From contig JABGUJ010000001.1 in the NCBI GenBank assembly GCA_018646625.1, forward strand, positions 379,534-443,533: a DNA stretch of 64,000 nucleotides, in the 5' to 3' direction. This DNA is from Candidatus Woesearchaeota archaeon. GTDB taxonomy: Archaea; Nanobdellota; Nanobdellia; Woesearchaeales; JABGUJ01. The notes below the pieces were generated by a model. That model searched no databases. It was given only the letters and a program-made list of their open reading frames with translations, and was not told where the DNA came from. A program made the position numbers and the translations under genes. Below, piece after piece: positions 30,760-40,931 of the stretch (position 1 is the first letter of the stretch; each line of letters starts with the position of its first letter).

Positions 30760-32262
30760 ATGGCTAAAAAAACAATCTTAAGTACAATTCTTGTAATACT
30801 GGTAATTGCAGTACTTGCAGTTGGTATTTATTCAATATCTAATATTCTAAGTTCTGAAGGTACAGATGAACCTGTTCTTTTCAAACTTCCAGCTAAACCA
30901 CTTCTTAATTTTGAACAAGAAGATGAGCAGGAAGAAGAACCTATTGTTGAACCAATAGTAGAACCAGAACCTGAGCCTGAGCCGGTTGTAGAACCCGAGC
31001 CAGAACCAGAACCTGTTATAGAGCCTGAAGAAACCCAAACAACAAATCAAAATGACTACTCACACCTTTCACCTCAAGATTGCGACAGATTAATTAGACA
31101 AGCAAGAGATCGTGTTGACGACGCCGAAGATGACGAAGATGACGAAAAAGATGATCTTAGAGATGAAGAAACAAATCTTAGAGCTATGAAACTTATTCTT
31201 GATCAAGCAAGAGCTGCATTAACGGAGGCACAAGCAACTGGCGATTCTGTTGCAATTTCATCCGCACAAGATACAGTAGAACGTGCCGAAGATGATGTTG
31301 ACGATGCTGAAGACGATGTAGATGATGAAGAAGACGATGTAGATAACGCTGAAGACGATGTGGATGCAGCAAGAGATGAACTTAGAGACGTGATTAATTC
31401 TTGTGAAACTGCAAGAAGAGGAAGCGCATCTGATCTATTCAATAATGCAGATTCTTCTTATGAAGATTGCAAGAGAGAACTTGACTTGGTTGAAGATCAA
31501 ATAGATGATGCTGAAGATGACTTGGACGATGATGAAGATGACTTGAGAGAAGAGCAATCAAGAGTTGCAATAGCTCAACAAGCACTTACAACTGCCGAGC
31601 AAAATCTTGCAACAGCAAAAACAAATAATGCTACAACTATTCAACTATCTTCATTACAAGGTATTGTTGATTCTGCAAGAAGAGATGTAGATGACGCAAA
31701 AGACGACTTAGATGATGCTGAAGATGACGTTGATGATGCGGAAGATGCTGTAGAAGATCTAGAAGATCTAGAAGATGAACTTAAAGACAGATGTAGAGAT
31801 ATAAGAAGATATGGCGCATCTGGCCAAGATGGTAAATCTAACTTAGATATTGGCGGTTTAGATTCCTATAACTCTTGTCAATCAGCTATTAGAATGGCTG
31901 AAAGTGCAGTTGACGATGCTGAAGACGATGTTGACGATGCTGAAGACGATCTTAGAGATGAGAAATCTGATCTAAATACGGCTCAAGCAATTTTAACTGA
32001 AGCACAAAATGCACTTGCTGCTGCTAAAGCTCAGAATGCAACTGCATCTCAAATTAGCTATTTGCAAAGCGCAGTTGATGATGCAAAAGATGATGTTGAA
32101 GATGAAGAAGATGACGTTGATGATGCGGACGATGATTTAGACGACGCAGAAGATGACGAAGAAGATATGGAAGATGAATTGGATACAATCCGATCATATT
32201 GCAGATCTAAAAACTTCAACTCAGGAAGTCTTGCATTTAACTACGGCAAAACCAGGTATTAG
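30760..32262 (+). CDS. Membrane-anchored, extremely Asp/Glu-rich coiled-coil repeat protein
   Basis: N-terminal TM helix, (EP)n linker, three Cys-bounded units containing DDAEDDV heptads. Confidence 0.85.
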   Translation: MAKKTILSTILVILVIAVLAVGIYSISNILSSEGTDEPVLFKLPAKPLLNFEQEDEQEEEPIVEPIVEPEPEPEPVVEPEPEPEPVIEPEETQTTNQNDYSHLSPQDCDRLIRQARDRVDDAEDDEDDEKDDLRDEETNLRAMKLILDQARAALTEAQATGDSVAISSAQDTVERAEDDVDDAEDDVDDEEDDVDNAEDDVDAARDELRDVINSCETARRGSASDLFNNADSSYEDCKRELDLVEDQIDDAEDDLDDDEDDLREEQSRVAIAQQALTTAEQNLATAKTNNATTIQLSSLQGIVDSARRDVDDAKDDLDDAEDDVDDAEDAVEDLEDLEDELKDRCRDIRRYGASGQDGKSNLDIGGLDSYNSCQSAIRMAESAVDDAEDDVDDAEDDLRDEKSDLNTAQAILTEAQNALAAAKAQNATASQISYLQSAVDDAKDDVEDEEDDVDDADDDLDDAEDDEEDMEDELDTIRSYCRSKNFNSGSLAFNYGKTRY

Positions 32263-32272
32263 TTCTAATACC

Positions 32273-32290
32273 TTATTTTCTTTTTATTTA
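32273..32290 (+). terminator. Putative oligo-T terminator
   Basis: TTATTTTCTTTTTATTT shortly after the stop codon. Confidence 0.45.
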
Positions 32291-32327
32291 ACAAATTTTT
32301 TATATCTTTACAAATACTTCCCAAAAG

Positions 32328-33746
32328 ATGAGGTTCAACAACATTTTCAAAATAGGGATCTTCTTTATTCTAATCATTTTTCTTTTAACTGCTTGTGGCA
32401 ACGATGGTCAAACCAAATTAATAAGAACCAAAAAAATTGTTGATAAAACTGTAGAGGTTGTTCCTGATGAGCTAATTGTACCAGAACCTGAACCGGTTGC
32501 GCCCGTGCCAGAACCAGATGTAGAAGAACCTGAAGAAATATTAGAAGACGATCCTGAACCTGTTGTAGAACCAGAACCGGAGCCGGAACCAGTTCCCGAC
32601 CAAGAAACATATCAAGAACAATTACAAGACTCTCTATCTCAATTAGTAATATTTGATGCATTAAACTGTAGCACCAATGTTGAAACAGTAAGAACTAACC
32701 TATTCACCAAATGGGAAAACTATAGAAGTTCTTGGAGAGAAACCCTTGAAGAAGAATGGACTGTGTTAATCGCGGATGTAGAAGTTGAAGTTGCGGATGA
32801 CGAATTAGATGTTATAAAAGAAGATGGCTCTGAGAGCTCAATCGCATCAGCAGAGGACCATCTTGAAAATGAGAAAGATGATTTGGGAGATGCAAGACGT
32901 GAAAGAGATCAAACAAAAGAAACCGAGTCAACTAAGAATAAAGCGAGAGAAAACGCACTAAAACTATTCAAGGATACGATGAACACTTGTGAATCTGATG
33001 TTCAGAATTATGTACAAGAGATAATTTCAAAGGAACTGTACACTCCTGAAGTTTGTCATTCTGGTTTGTTTCAGTTAAGAATGCTTACAGATCTCTTAGA
33101 GAACGATTACGATATTAAAGATGAACTTTACATTGAATTCATACAAGCAGAATATACTGCTGCGAAGGATGAACTAACTTACTCGGAAGAGAATCTTGAC
33201 AAATATTCTGAAGAAAAGGAAAAACTATTTGCTCAAGCATTCATCGATATGGCTGAATTAAGGGAACGAAAAACGAAGAGCGAGCAAAATAAGGCTGAAG
33301 ACTATTTAGAGGATGTAGAACGATTTTTAGATGCTGTTGACGTTATCAAAAAGAAATTTGATGCTGAATGTGGTAGCCTTGAACGAGCAGGCAGAACTGC
33401 AACAAAGACAGCACAAGTTTGTCAAGACGAGATTGGTGATCTGAAAGAAGAGATAGAAGATGTTGAAAAAGATCTTGATGAAACGAAAAGCGATGTTAAC
33501 AAGTATACTAACGAAATAAACAACTTATACGATGATCTTCCCAAGGCACGTGCCGATTACATTGATGCGCTTATTGCCGAAGCAGGAGAGTCATCTGCTA
33601 AATCCGAAGTTACCAGAATTGTTGATGATATAGAACAAGCAGAAAGATGGAGATGGCAAGACGTAAAGGAGTTTTTTGAGTTCCAAGATGATCTTGATAC
33701 AGAAGAACAAGCCCTTGTAGGACTAAGAGATTCATGTGGTAAATAA
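32328..33746 (+). CDS. Predicted lipoprotein; acidic coiled-coil protein with the same architecture as the preceding gene
   Basis: Lipobox-like 'FLLTACG', (EP)n linker, three Cys-bounded helical units. Confidence 0.8.
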   Translation: MRFNNIFKIGIFFILIIFLLTACGNDGQTKLIRTKKIVDKTVEVVPDELIVPEPEPVAPVPEPDVEEPEEILEDDPEPVVEPEPEPEPVPDQETYQEQLQDSLSQLVIFDALNCSTNVETVRTNLFTKWENYRSSWRETLEEEWTVLIADVEVEVADDELDVIKEDGSESSIASAEDHLENEKDDLGDARRERDQTKETESTKNKARENALKLFKDTMNTCESDVQNYVQEIISKELYTPEVCHSGLFQLRMLTDLLENDYDIKDELYIEFIQAEYTAAKDELTYSEENLDKYSEEKEKLFAQAFIDMAELRERKTKSEQNKAEDYLEDVERFLDAVDVIKKKFDAECGSLERAGRTATKTAQVCQDEIGDLKEEIEDVEKDLDETKSDVNKYTNEINNLYDDLPKARADYIDALIAEAGESSAKSEVTRIVDDIEQAERWRWQDVKEFFEFQDDLDTEEQALVGLRDSCGK

Positions 33747-33759
33747 AAATAAAAAAGAA

Positions 33760-34197
33760 TTAACTTTTTTTCTCGATATCTTCAATCTTTAATTTAAAGT
33801 TCAAAGCCTTTCCCGCAAGCGGATGATTTAGGTCCAGTTTAATTATGTCTTTTTCCACTGCAACAACTTTTGCCGGCAACTTTTGACCTTGCGGAGTTTG
33901 AATCAATAAAGAAGTTCCTTCTTTTGCTTCAATATTCGCAGGCAGATGTTCTTTAGGAACTGATTGAACAAGTTCTTGCTTTGGTTCTCCATATGCTTCT
34001 GCACATTCAATCTTGATATCTTTCTCTTCTCCCTTTTCCATTCCAACAACTGCATCATCAAAACCTTTGATAACTTGCTTTTCTCCTGCAGTAAATTCCA
34101 AAGGGTCTTTACCTTCAGAGCTATCAAAAATTTCTCCTGAATCTAGTTTGCCAGTATAATGGACTTTTATTTTATCTCCATTTTCTACTTTAGCCAT
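33760..34197 (-). CDS. slyD: FKBP-type peptidyl-prolyl isomerase (SlyD-like, short); start taken at ATG 34197
   Basis: 'VHYTGKLDSGEIFDSS', 'VIKGFDDAV', 'EAYG', 'LDLNHPLAGKALNF'. Confidence 0.93.
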   Translation of the reverse strand: MAKVENGDKIKVHYTGKLDSGEIFDSSEGKDPLEFTAGEKQVIKGFDDAVVGMEKGEEKDIKIECAEAYGEPKQELVQSVPKEHLPANIEAKEGTSLLIQTPQGQKLPAKVVAVEKDIIKLDLNHPLAGKALNFKLKIEDIEKKS

Positions 34198-34235
34198 ATA
34201 ATTACCCCACATATGTGATTAAGAAAAAAAGCCAA

Positions 34236-34556
34236 TTAAGACTTTAAATAACCTTGTTTTTTCAGGAATTCTTTTTGCTCTAAGAACATGTATATAACAC
34301 AAAATATGATGCCCATTTCTAAAAATCCGTGAATTGTTAATAGTCTATAAGAGATAATGTCTGCAAGACGCATAACTGTAATAACCTCTTCAACGACAAA
34401 TAATATCAACGCAATAAACATAACTTTCCAGGGCTTCGTATACGTTTGATTATCAGGTTTTCGGCTAAGCATAATAGAAAATAATGCAATTAAAAATGCA
34501 ACAAGGAGTAAATTAAGACGAGGAAGAACAGTTTGCAACAATTCAGCAATTGCCAT
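34236..34556 (-). CDS. Hypothetical 3-TM membrane protein
   Basis: Three hydrophobic segments; 'KPWKVMFIALILF'. Confidence 0.7.
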   Translation of the reverse strand: MAIAELLQTVLPRLNLLLVAFLIALFSIMLSRKPDNQTYTKPWKVMFIALILFVVEEVITVMRLADIISYRLLTIHGFLEMGIIFCVIYMFLEQKEFLKKQGYLKS

Positions 34557-34981
34557 TATTTCTTCCTCCGTTTAGTTGCTTTTTTCTTAGCTACCCTTTT
34601 CTTTGGAGCTCTTTTTGCTACCTTCTTCTTCACAACCTTTTTCTTAACAGGCTTCTTTACCTTTTTCTTCTTAGGTTTAGTCTCACAAACTTCTTTCGTG
34701 TGATACCTGATTTGGCTGTAAACGCAGTATATTATCAGTATAAGTATGGTTGTTGGAATTAAGTGAGTTATGAATTTTGGATGTGCTATTATCTTAAATG
34801 CTATCAATACACCCAATATCAATTGAATTGACAACAAGATGAATGCTACAATAAGAACTCTCCACACTCTTATGGATTTAAACCTGTGAGAGACTTTAAA
34901 CAATGAAACTCCAATGAAGCCTGCAACAACTGCTAGAAATAAATTTGCTATCTGAAGCACTCCTTCGAGATATCTCATCAA
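34556..34981 (-). CDS. Hypothetical 3-TM membrane protein with a Lys-rich C-terminal tail
   Basis: Three hydrophobic segments, 'RVWRVLIVAFILL', tail KKKVKKPVKKKVVKKKVAKR; GAGGTGA SD upstream. Confidence 0.72.
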   Translation of the reverse strand: MMRYLEGVLQIANLFLAVVAGFIGVSLFKVSHRFKSIRVWRVLIVAFILLSIQLILGVLIAFKIIAHPKFITHLIPTTILILIIYCVYSQIRYHTKEVCETKPKKKKVKKPVKKKVVKKKVAKRAPKKRVAKKKATKRRKK

Positions 34982-35079
34982 ATTGGTTCACCTCTCTGCT
35001 CTCTTTATTAATCACTCCTTTTATAAAGTTTTTGATACGAAAAGGAATATTTATATACATTCCATAAGCATTTCTAACT

Positions 35080-35655
35080 ATGGTATTTTCGCTGTTCGAG
35101 CTGTTTGATGCTTTTGTAATAACTGCATTTATGGGTTTTTTTTTTATGGATATGTTCAAGAAACCCAAAGCGATAGATTATGATCCTCTAACCGATACTT
35201 CTTACAAAAAAGGATTTGATTGGGATGCATTCAAGTTCGCTGCACTAGTAACGGCTCCTGCGATATTATTACATGAGTTAGCACACAAGCTAGTTGCAAT
35301 CTCTTATGGGTTACATGCAACTTTTCATGCCGCTTACACTTGGTTAGGCATTGGTTTAGTTATGAAACTTCTAAACTTCGGATTTATTTTCTTTGTACCT
35401 GCTTTTGTAGCGCACTCTGGCGGAGCATCCCCATTTCAATCTGCTATGATATCTGGTGCCGGGCCATTCATTAACTTCATATTGTTCCTTGCCGCATATC
35501 TTTACTTAAAATTTGGAAATGCAAAACCCAAATACAAACCGCTTCTCATATTAACTAAAAGAATAAATTTATTCTTGTTTGCATTTAATCTGATACCCAT
35601 ACCAGGCTTCGATGGGAGTAAATTCTTTGCAGGGCTGTTTGCAACCTTTTTTTAA
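35080..35655 (+). CDS. Site-2 protease family (M50) membrane metallopeptidase
   Basis: HELAH, 'AGPFIN', 'FNLIPIPGFDG'. Confidence 0.92.
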   Translation: MVFSLFELFDAFVITAFMGFFFMDMFKKPKAIDYDPLTDTSYKKGFDWDAFKFAALVTAPAILLHELAHKLVAISYGLHATFHAAYTWLGIGLVMKLLNFGFIFFVPAFVAHSGGASPFQSAMISGAGPFINFILFLAAYLYLKFGNAKPKYKPLLILTKRINLFLFAFNLIPIPGFDGSKFFAGLFATFF

Positions 35656-35733
35656 TCCACCCCGGAAATCTGTAGTGTAGTTCCGAAAATATGGTGGGAA
35701 AATTATATATACTGCTTGTTGTATCCTTAACAA

Positions 35734-37350
35734 ATGCGAGAACCTGTTGACAATAAACGAGTTAAGTGGATTGTGGTCACAGGGGGTGTTCTCTCCGGCC
35801 TTGGCAAAGGCATTGTTTCTGCAAGTATTGGTCGTCTGTTAGCTAACGGGTTAAAGATTGTTCCGGTCAAATGCGACGGCTACTTAAACGTAGATCCGGG
35901 TACCATGAATCCTGTAGAGCACGGAGAAGTTTTTGTTCTTGATGATGGGGGAGAAGTAGATCTTGATTTTGGTCACTACGAACGATTCTTAAGCACTAGT
36001 TGCAAATTCACATGGAATTTAACTTCTGGAAAGATATTTCAATCACTAGTAGAGCGAGAAAGACGTGGTGATTTCTTAGGGAAAACAGTTCAGATCGTTC
36101 CACACGTAACTGGCGAGATTAAAAGAAAACTAAGAGAGATAGCATCTGATGAAAAAGCGGATGTAATGCTTATAGAAATTGGCGGCACTGTTGGGGATCT
36201 TGAAAATCTGTGGTTCTTAGAAGCAATAAGGGAACTACAATCTGAAGTTGCCGGAGATGAATTTCTATGCGTGCATCTGGGATACATCCCCGTAATAGAT
36301 GCACAAGGCCAACAAAAGACAAAACCTATGCAGCAAAGTACATTATTCTTAAGAGAGAGAGGGTTGTTCCCTGATGTTTTTGTAGGTAGATCTAAAGAGC
36401 GACTTGCAGACAAAGCTAAAGAAAAGCTACATTGGACTTGTGGTGTTGAGAAAGATGCAGTAATAAGCGATCCTGATTGTTATAGCGTATATGAAATACC
36501 TTTGATTTTTGAAGAAGAAGGACTTAAAGAAAAATTAGAACGAAAATTAAAATTAAACATTAAATCCGATTTGACTGATTGGAAACGATTGGTACATAAC
36601 ATATTAAATCCTGAAAAAGAAATTACTATTGCTATTTGTGGTAAATATACTGAACTTGCGGATTCATACATCAGTATTGAAGAATCATTAAAACACGCCG
36701 GCGCACACTTTAAAACTCGAGTTCATGTGAAGTGGATTGAAACAACAGACATAGAATCTGGCGCAGTATCAAATTCTGAGATTTTTGATGGTGTACAAGG
36801 ATTGATTATTCCCGGAGGATTTGGTTCTCGAGGTATTGAAGGTAAAATTAGCGCAATAAAATATGCGAGAGAAAACAACATACCTTTCCTTGGTCTTTGC
36901 TATGGTTTGCAATTAGCAGTTGTCGAGTTTGCAAGAAATGTTTGCGGCTTGCGAAGTGCAAATTCTACTGAAGTTGATGAAGATTGTAAAGAACCGGTTG
37001 TATATATCATGCCTGAACAAAGACAAGTAACAATAAAAGGCGCAACTATGCGGCTAGGATCTTATGAAGCTCTATTAACCGAAGGTTCAACTGTTGCAAA
37101 ATTATATGGTGATACTGTTGCTCACGAAAGACACAGGCACCGTTATGAGGTCAATCCCGATTATCATACAATGCTTGAGAAAAACGGTTTAGTTCTATCT
37201 GGAAAATCTAAAGATGGCGTTTTGGTGGAATTCATTGAATTACCTGGCCACAAATACTTTGTAGCTACTCAAGCCCATCCTGAATTAAAGTCCAGACTTG
37301 AGAGTCCCGCACCCTTATTCTATGGTTTAATTGAAGCGTGCTTAGAGTAA
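35734..37350 (+). CDS. pyrG: CTP synthase
   Basis: 'TGGVLSGLGKG', 'YLNVDPGTMNP.EHGEVFV', 'KTKP.Q', 'GLCYG', 'ERHRHRYEVN', 'QAHPE'. Confidence 0.98.
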   Translation: MREPVDNKRVKWIVVTGGVLSGLGKGIVSASIGRLLANGLKIVPVKCDGYLNVDPGTMNPVEHGEVFVLDDGGEVDLDFGHYERFLSTSCKFTWNLTSGKIFQSLVERERRGDFLGKTVQIVPHVTGEIKRKLREIASDEKADVMLIEIGGTVGDLENLWFLEAIRELQSEVAGDEFLCVHLGYIPVIDAQGQQKTKPMQQSTLFLRERGLFPDVFVGRSKERLADKAKEKLHWTCGVEKDAVISDPDCYSVYEIPLIFEEEGLKEKLERKLKLNIKSDLTDWKRLVHNILNPEKEITIAICGKYTELADSYISIEESLKHAGAHFKTRVHVKWIETTDIESGAVSNSEIFDGVQGLIIPGGFGSRGIEGKISAIKYARENNIPFLGLCYGLQLAVVEFARNVCGLRSANSTEVDEDCKEPVVYIMPEQRQVTIKGATMRLGSYEALLTEGSTVAKLYGDTVAHERHRHRYEVNPDYHTMLEKNGLVLSGKSKDGVLVEFIELPGHKYFVATQAHPELKSRLESPAPLFYGLIEACLE

Positions 37351-37450
37351 TTATAAATCTATAAATTCTAACCTCTCAGCCCCTGTATTTGGTGTTTGTA
37401 CGCTCCATCTTTTCGTAACATATATAAATGACCTTTTTTTCAAGCGATGT

Positions 37451-38494
37451 ATGGCCAATATGAATCATCTTAGCAAAAAAGCCAAGCGAAGAGAACTCGC
37501 TAAAGCAAAAAGAGCTTTACCTGTTGAAGCTGTGCCTGAGCATTCTGAAGAAACTCATCACAAATCAACACACCATGTTCATCACAAAAAAGAAAAGGGC
37601 ATCAAAGGCTCTATCAAATATTTCTATGAACATAATTACAAAGTGTTACTACTTATTCCAATCATTCTTTTAGTTTTAGCGGTTGCTCAAATTGGGCTTC
37701 AAGCCGCATTTACTGGAGATTTTGTTGCAAAAGCTACTTCCATTAAAGGTGGACAGACACTAACCTTTCTAACTGGTTTAGAGCTTGATACTGATCTATT
37801 AGAACAAAAGATAGATCTTGCATATCCCGCTAATGATGTTGATGTGCGAACGTTGACTAGTTCGGGAGTTGGCGCAGGTTATATTGTTGATGCAGATTTT
37901 GATGAAAATGTGGATAATACAAGAGTTATTGAAATATTTTCTGAACAATCAGGAATCGCTCAAAGCGAAATAGAATTTAGTGTTAACATGATTGGTTCTA
38001 GCTTGGGAGATAGTTTTTTCAAAGAAACAATTGTTGCAATTCTTATTGCATTCTTATTCATGGGAATAGTAGTATTCCTTTACTTTAAAGTATTCATACC
38101 TTCGCTTGCTGTTGTTTGGTGTGCAATCTCAGACATTGTTATTACTTTAGCAATATTCAATTTGTTTGGATTCAAATTATCCACTGCAGGTATCGCGGCA
38201 TTCCTTATGCTTATTGGTTATTCGGTAGATACAGATATTCTATTATCTACGAGAGTTCTTAAGAGAAAAGAAGGGAGCGTCATGGATGCAATCTACAGCT
38301 CAATCAAAACAGGAACCACCATGACTATAACTACTATCGCGGCAGTTTCTGTTGCATTAATAGTTGCCAACAGTGCAGTAATGCAGCAAATTATGACTAT
38401 ACTACTCATTGGCCTTTGTGTTGATTTAGTTATCACATGGCTACAAAACACGGCTTTATTGAGATGGTACTTAGAAAAGAAGGGTCAACACTAA
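37451..38494 (+). CDS. secF: Protein translocase subunit SecF
   Basis: 'IKGG', 'IGSSLG..F', 'IAAFLMLIGYSVDTDILL'; six TM helices. Confidence 0.93.
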   Translation: MANMNHLSKKAKRRELAKAKRALPVEAVPEHSEETHHKSTHHVHHKKEKGIKGSIKYFYEHNYKVLLLIPIILLVLAVAQIGLQAAFTGDFVAKATSIKGGQTLTFLTGLELDTDLLEQKIDLAYPANDVDVRTLTSSGVGAGYIVDADFDENVDNTRVIEIFSEQSGIAQSEIEFSVNMIGSSLGDSFFKETIVAILIAFLFMGIVVFLYFKVFIPSLAVVWCAISDIVITLAIFNLFGFKLSTAGIAAFLMLIGYSVDTDILLSTRVLKRKEGSVMDAIYSSIKTGTTMTITTIAAVSVALIVANSAVMQQIMTILLIGLCVDLVITWLQNTALLRWYLEKKGQH

Positions 38495-38495
38495 A

Positions 38496-40232
38496 ATGGC
38501 AGGCGTAATGTACAAAGCAAAAAAAATAGTGAAGAACGTACGTATGATAATTCTGTTAGTTGTATTAGTATTGATGATTTTCTCTATTCATCCTAACTTT
38601 GAAGCAGAAGGCGTGGCTATTCGATCTGTTGTAAAAGATTCAGTCTCACATGTTGCAGGAATAACAAGTCCTGATCCTAAAGCAACCCCTCTTAGCAGAG
38701 AAGTCATATTATCTATTGATTCTAAAACCATAACGAACGTAAAAGATTTTTTTGAAGCTGAAAATTCTTTAGATGTTAACAGAACTGTGAGACTTGAGAC
38801 TAACAGAAATGTTTACAGAGTTAAAACAAGACCACTTCTCAACATCACAGTTACGGATGAACTAATTAACGTTACTATTAACGAAACAATTGATACTATT
38901 GAAGAAATAAACGGATCTAACGTAACTGTACAAAAGAACGTTTCTAAAGTCATAACACGAAACAAAACACTTAGCGAAGTAATTGGTGTAGAATCATTAG
39001 GATTAAGCATATACGACGCACCAACTACCAACATTAGAAAAGGTCTTGATCTTCAAGGCGGTACGAGAGTTTTACTACAACCCGCAGAACCAATCTCTGA
39101 TGATGACATGGAGATACTTCTTCTCAACATGAAGGAGAGACTTAACGTTTATGGATTAAGCGACATAATCGTAAGAGATGCATCTGATTTATCTGGTAAT
39201 CAATACATTCTTGTAGAGATTGCAGGAGCAACTAAACAAGAAGTTAAAGATTTACTAGCAAAACAAGGTAAGTTCGCAGCGAAGATTGCTAATGAAACAG
39301 TATTCCTTGGCGGTACCGATATTACTTATGTTTGTAGAAGTGCAGAATGTTCTGGCTTGGATCACAACTATGGATGCAGACCTGTCGCAAATGACGCATG
39401 GGCTTGCAGATTTAGATTTGCAATTGCTTTGACTCCAGATGCTGCTGAAAGACACGCAGGCATTACAGGAGAATTAGATATTATTAACGTAGATGGCAGC
39501 GACTATCTAGAACACAAACTTGATCTTTATCTTGACGATGAAATGGTTGATTCCCTCTACATTGGCTCAGAGCTAAAAGGAAGAGAAACGACAGACATCG
39601 CAATCTCTGGAAGTGGTGCAGGTAAAACTGAAGCCGAAGCAGTAAACGACGCACTTAACGGAATGAAAAAACTTCAAACAATCCTTATTACTGGTAGCTT
39701 ACCTGTTAAATTAAACATAGTACGAACTGATGCAATATCTGCAACCCTTGGTGAAGAGTTCACAAAGAACGCAATCATGGTTGGTTTATTTGCAATTCTT
39801 GCAGTTGTTGTAGTTGTATACATTAGATACAGAAGATTTGAAGTTGCAATACCTATGGTTTTTGCAATGGTTAGTGAAGTTGTACTTCTTCTTGGACTTG
39901 CATCATTAGTTGGCTGGAACTTAGACTTGGCAGCTATCGCCGGTATAATTGTGGCAGCAGGTACTGGTGTAGACGATCAGATTGTTATTACAGATGAAGT
40001 TCTAAGAGGAGAGTCTCAAAACACGATTAGTTGGAAAGAAAGAATAAAGAAAGCCTTCTTCATTATTATGGCTGCATATTTTACAACTGTTGTAGCAATG
40101 GTTCCTCTTCTTTTCGCAGGAGCTGGTCTCCTTAAAGGATTCGCATTCGTAACTATTGTTGGTGTATCATTCGGTGTATTTATTACAAGGCCCGCATATG
40201 CTGCAGTGGTGGAAATACTGCTTAAGAAATAA
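38496..40232 (+). CDS. secD: Protein translocase subunit SecD
   Basis: 'KGLDLQGG', 'GSLPV', 'ISATLG', 'LDLAAIAGII.A.GTGVDDQIVI.DE', 'ITRPAY'. Confidence 0.95.
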   Translation: MAGVMYKAKKIVKNVRMIILLVVLVLMIFSIHPNFEAEGVAIRSVVKDSVSHVAGITSPDPKATPLSREVILSIDSKTITNVKDFFEAENSLDVNRTVRLETNRNVYRVKTRPLLNITVTDELINVTINETIDTIEEINGSNVTVQKNVSKVITRNKTLSEVIGVESLGLSIYDAPTTNIRKGLDLQGGTRVLLQPAEPISDDDMEILLLNMKERLNVYGLSDIIVRDASDLSGNQYILVEIAGATKQEVKDLLAKQGKFAAKIANETVFLGGTDITYVCRSAECSGLDHNYGCRPVANDAWACRFRFAIALTPDAAERHAGITGELDIINVDGSDYLEHKLDLYLDDEMVDSLYIGSELKGRETTDIAISGSGAGKTEAEAVNDALNGMKKLQTILITGSLPVKLNIVRTDAISATLGEEFTKNAIMVGLFAILAVVVVVYIRYRRFEVAIPMVFAMVSEVVLLLGLASLVGWNLDLAAIAGIIVAAGTGVDDQIVITDEVLRGESQNTISWKERIKKAFFIIMAAYFTTVVAMVPLLFAGAGLLKGFAFVTIVGVSFGVFITRPAYAAVVEILLKK

Positions 40233-40243
40233 ATCATACTAAA

Positions 40244-40930
40244 ATGGCTAAAAAAGAGGTAATTGTTATTTCTCTCGGGGGCTCAATCATAGCGCCTGAC
40301 AACATAGACGTTTCATTCTTAAAAAAATTCAAGAAACTAATTCAATCAGAGATCAAGAAAGGTAAAAGATTTATCCTGATCACTGGCGGCGGAAAAACTT
40401 GCCGCAGATACCAAGAAGCTAGTAAGAAAACAGGCAACAAAGATGCAAATTCTCTTGACTGGATTGGCATTAAATCAACCTGGCTAAATGCTGAAGTCGT
40501 TAAAGGCATGTTCGGCGAACAAGCCCATCCTGAAGTTATTATTGACCCGTCTAAGAAGATTAATTTCAAAAAAGACGTTCTAGTGGGCGCAGGGTGGAAA
40601 CCTGGCTGGTCTACTGACTATGACGCTGTTTTGCTTGCAAAACAATTCAAAGCAACACGTTTGATTAATTTATCAAATATCGAATATGTGTACGATAAAG
40701 ATCCTAGAAAATACAAGAACGCAAAACGTTACGAAGATCTTTCCTGGAACGATTTTATTGGAATCGTTGGAACAAAATGGGTGCCTGGCAAGAATGCGCC
40801 CTTTGATCCTGTTGCTACAAAACTTGCATCAAAGTTAAAGATGGAAGTGGTTATAATGAAAGGAAGCAACATAAGAAACATAAAGAAATACCTGTCAGGG
40901 AAAACTTTCAAGGGCACATTAATAAAATAA
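40244..40930 (+). CDS. pyrH: UMP kinase (archaeal type)
   Basis: 'SLGGS', 'TGGG..CR.YQ', 'DWIGI', 'PGWSTDYDA', 'VYDKDP', 'PFDPVA'. Confidence 0.95.
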   Translation: MAKKEVIVISLGGSIIAPDNIDVSFLKKFKKLIQSEIKKGKRFILITGGGKTCRRYQEASKKTGNKDANSLDWIGIKSTWLNAEVVKGMFGEQAHPEVIIDPSKKINFKKDVLVGAGWKPGWSTDYDAVLLAKQFKATRLINLSNIEYVYDKDPRKYKNAKRYEDLSWNDFIGIVGTKWVPGKNAPFDPVATKLASKLKMEVVIMKGSNIRNIKKYLSGKTFKGTLIK

Positions 40931-40931
40931 A

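Noticed and set aside
31100..32190. GATGATGCTGAAGAC-like periodic repeats as a possible CRISPR array
   Set aside because: They are degenerate in-frame Asp/Glu codons inside an ORF; there is no constant repeat with unique spacers and no cas gene
35657..35697. Hairpin (CCACC/GGTGG, CGGAA/TTCCG) upstream of pyrG as a riboswitch or attenuator
   Set aside because: The stems are short and lie upstream of the apparent pyrG TATA box, so they are probably not in the mRNA
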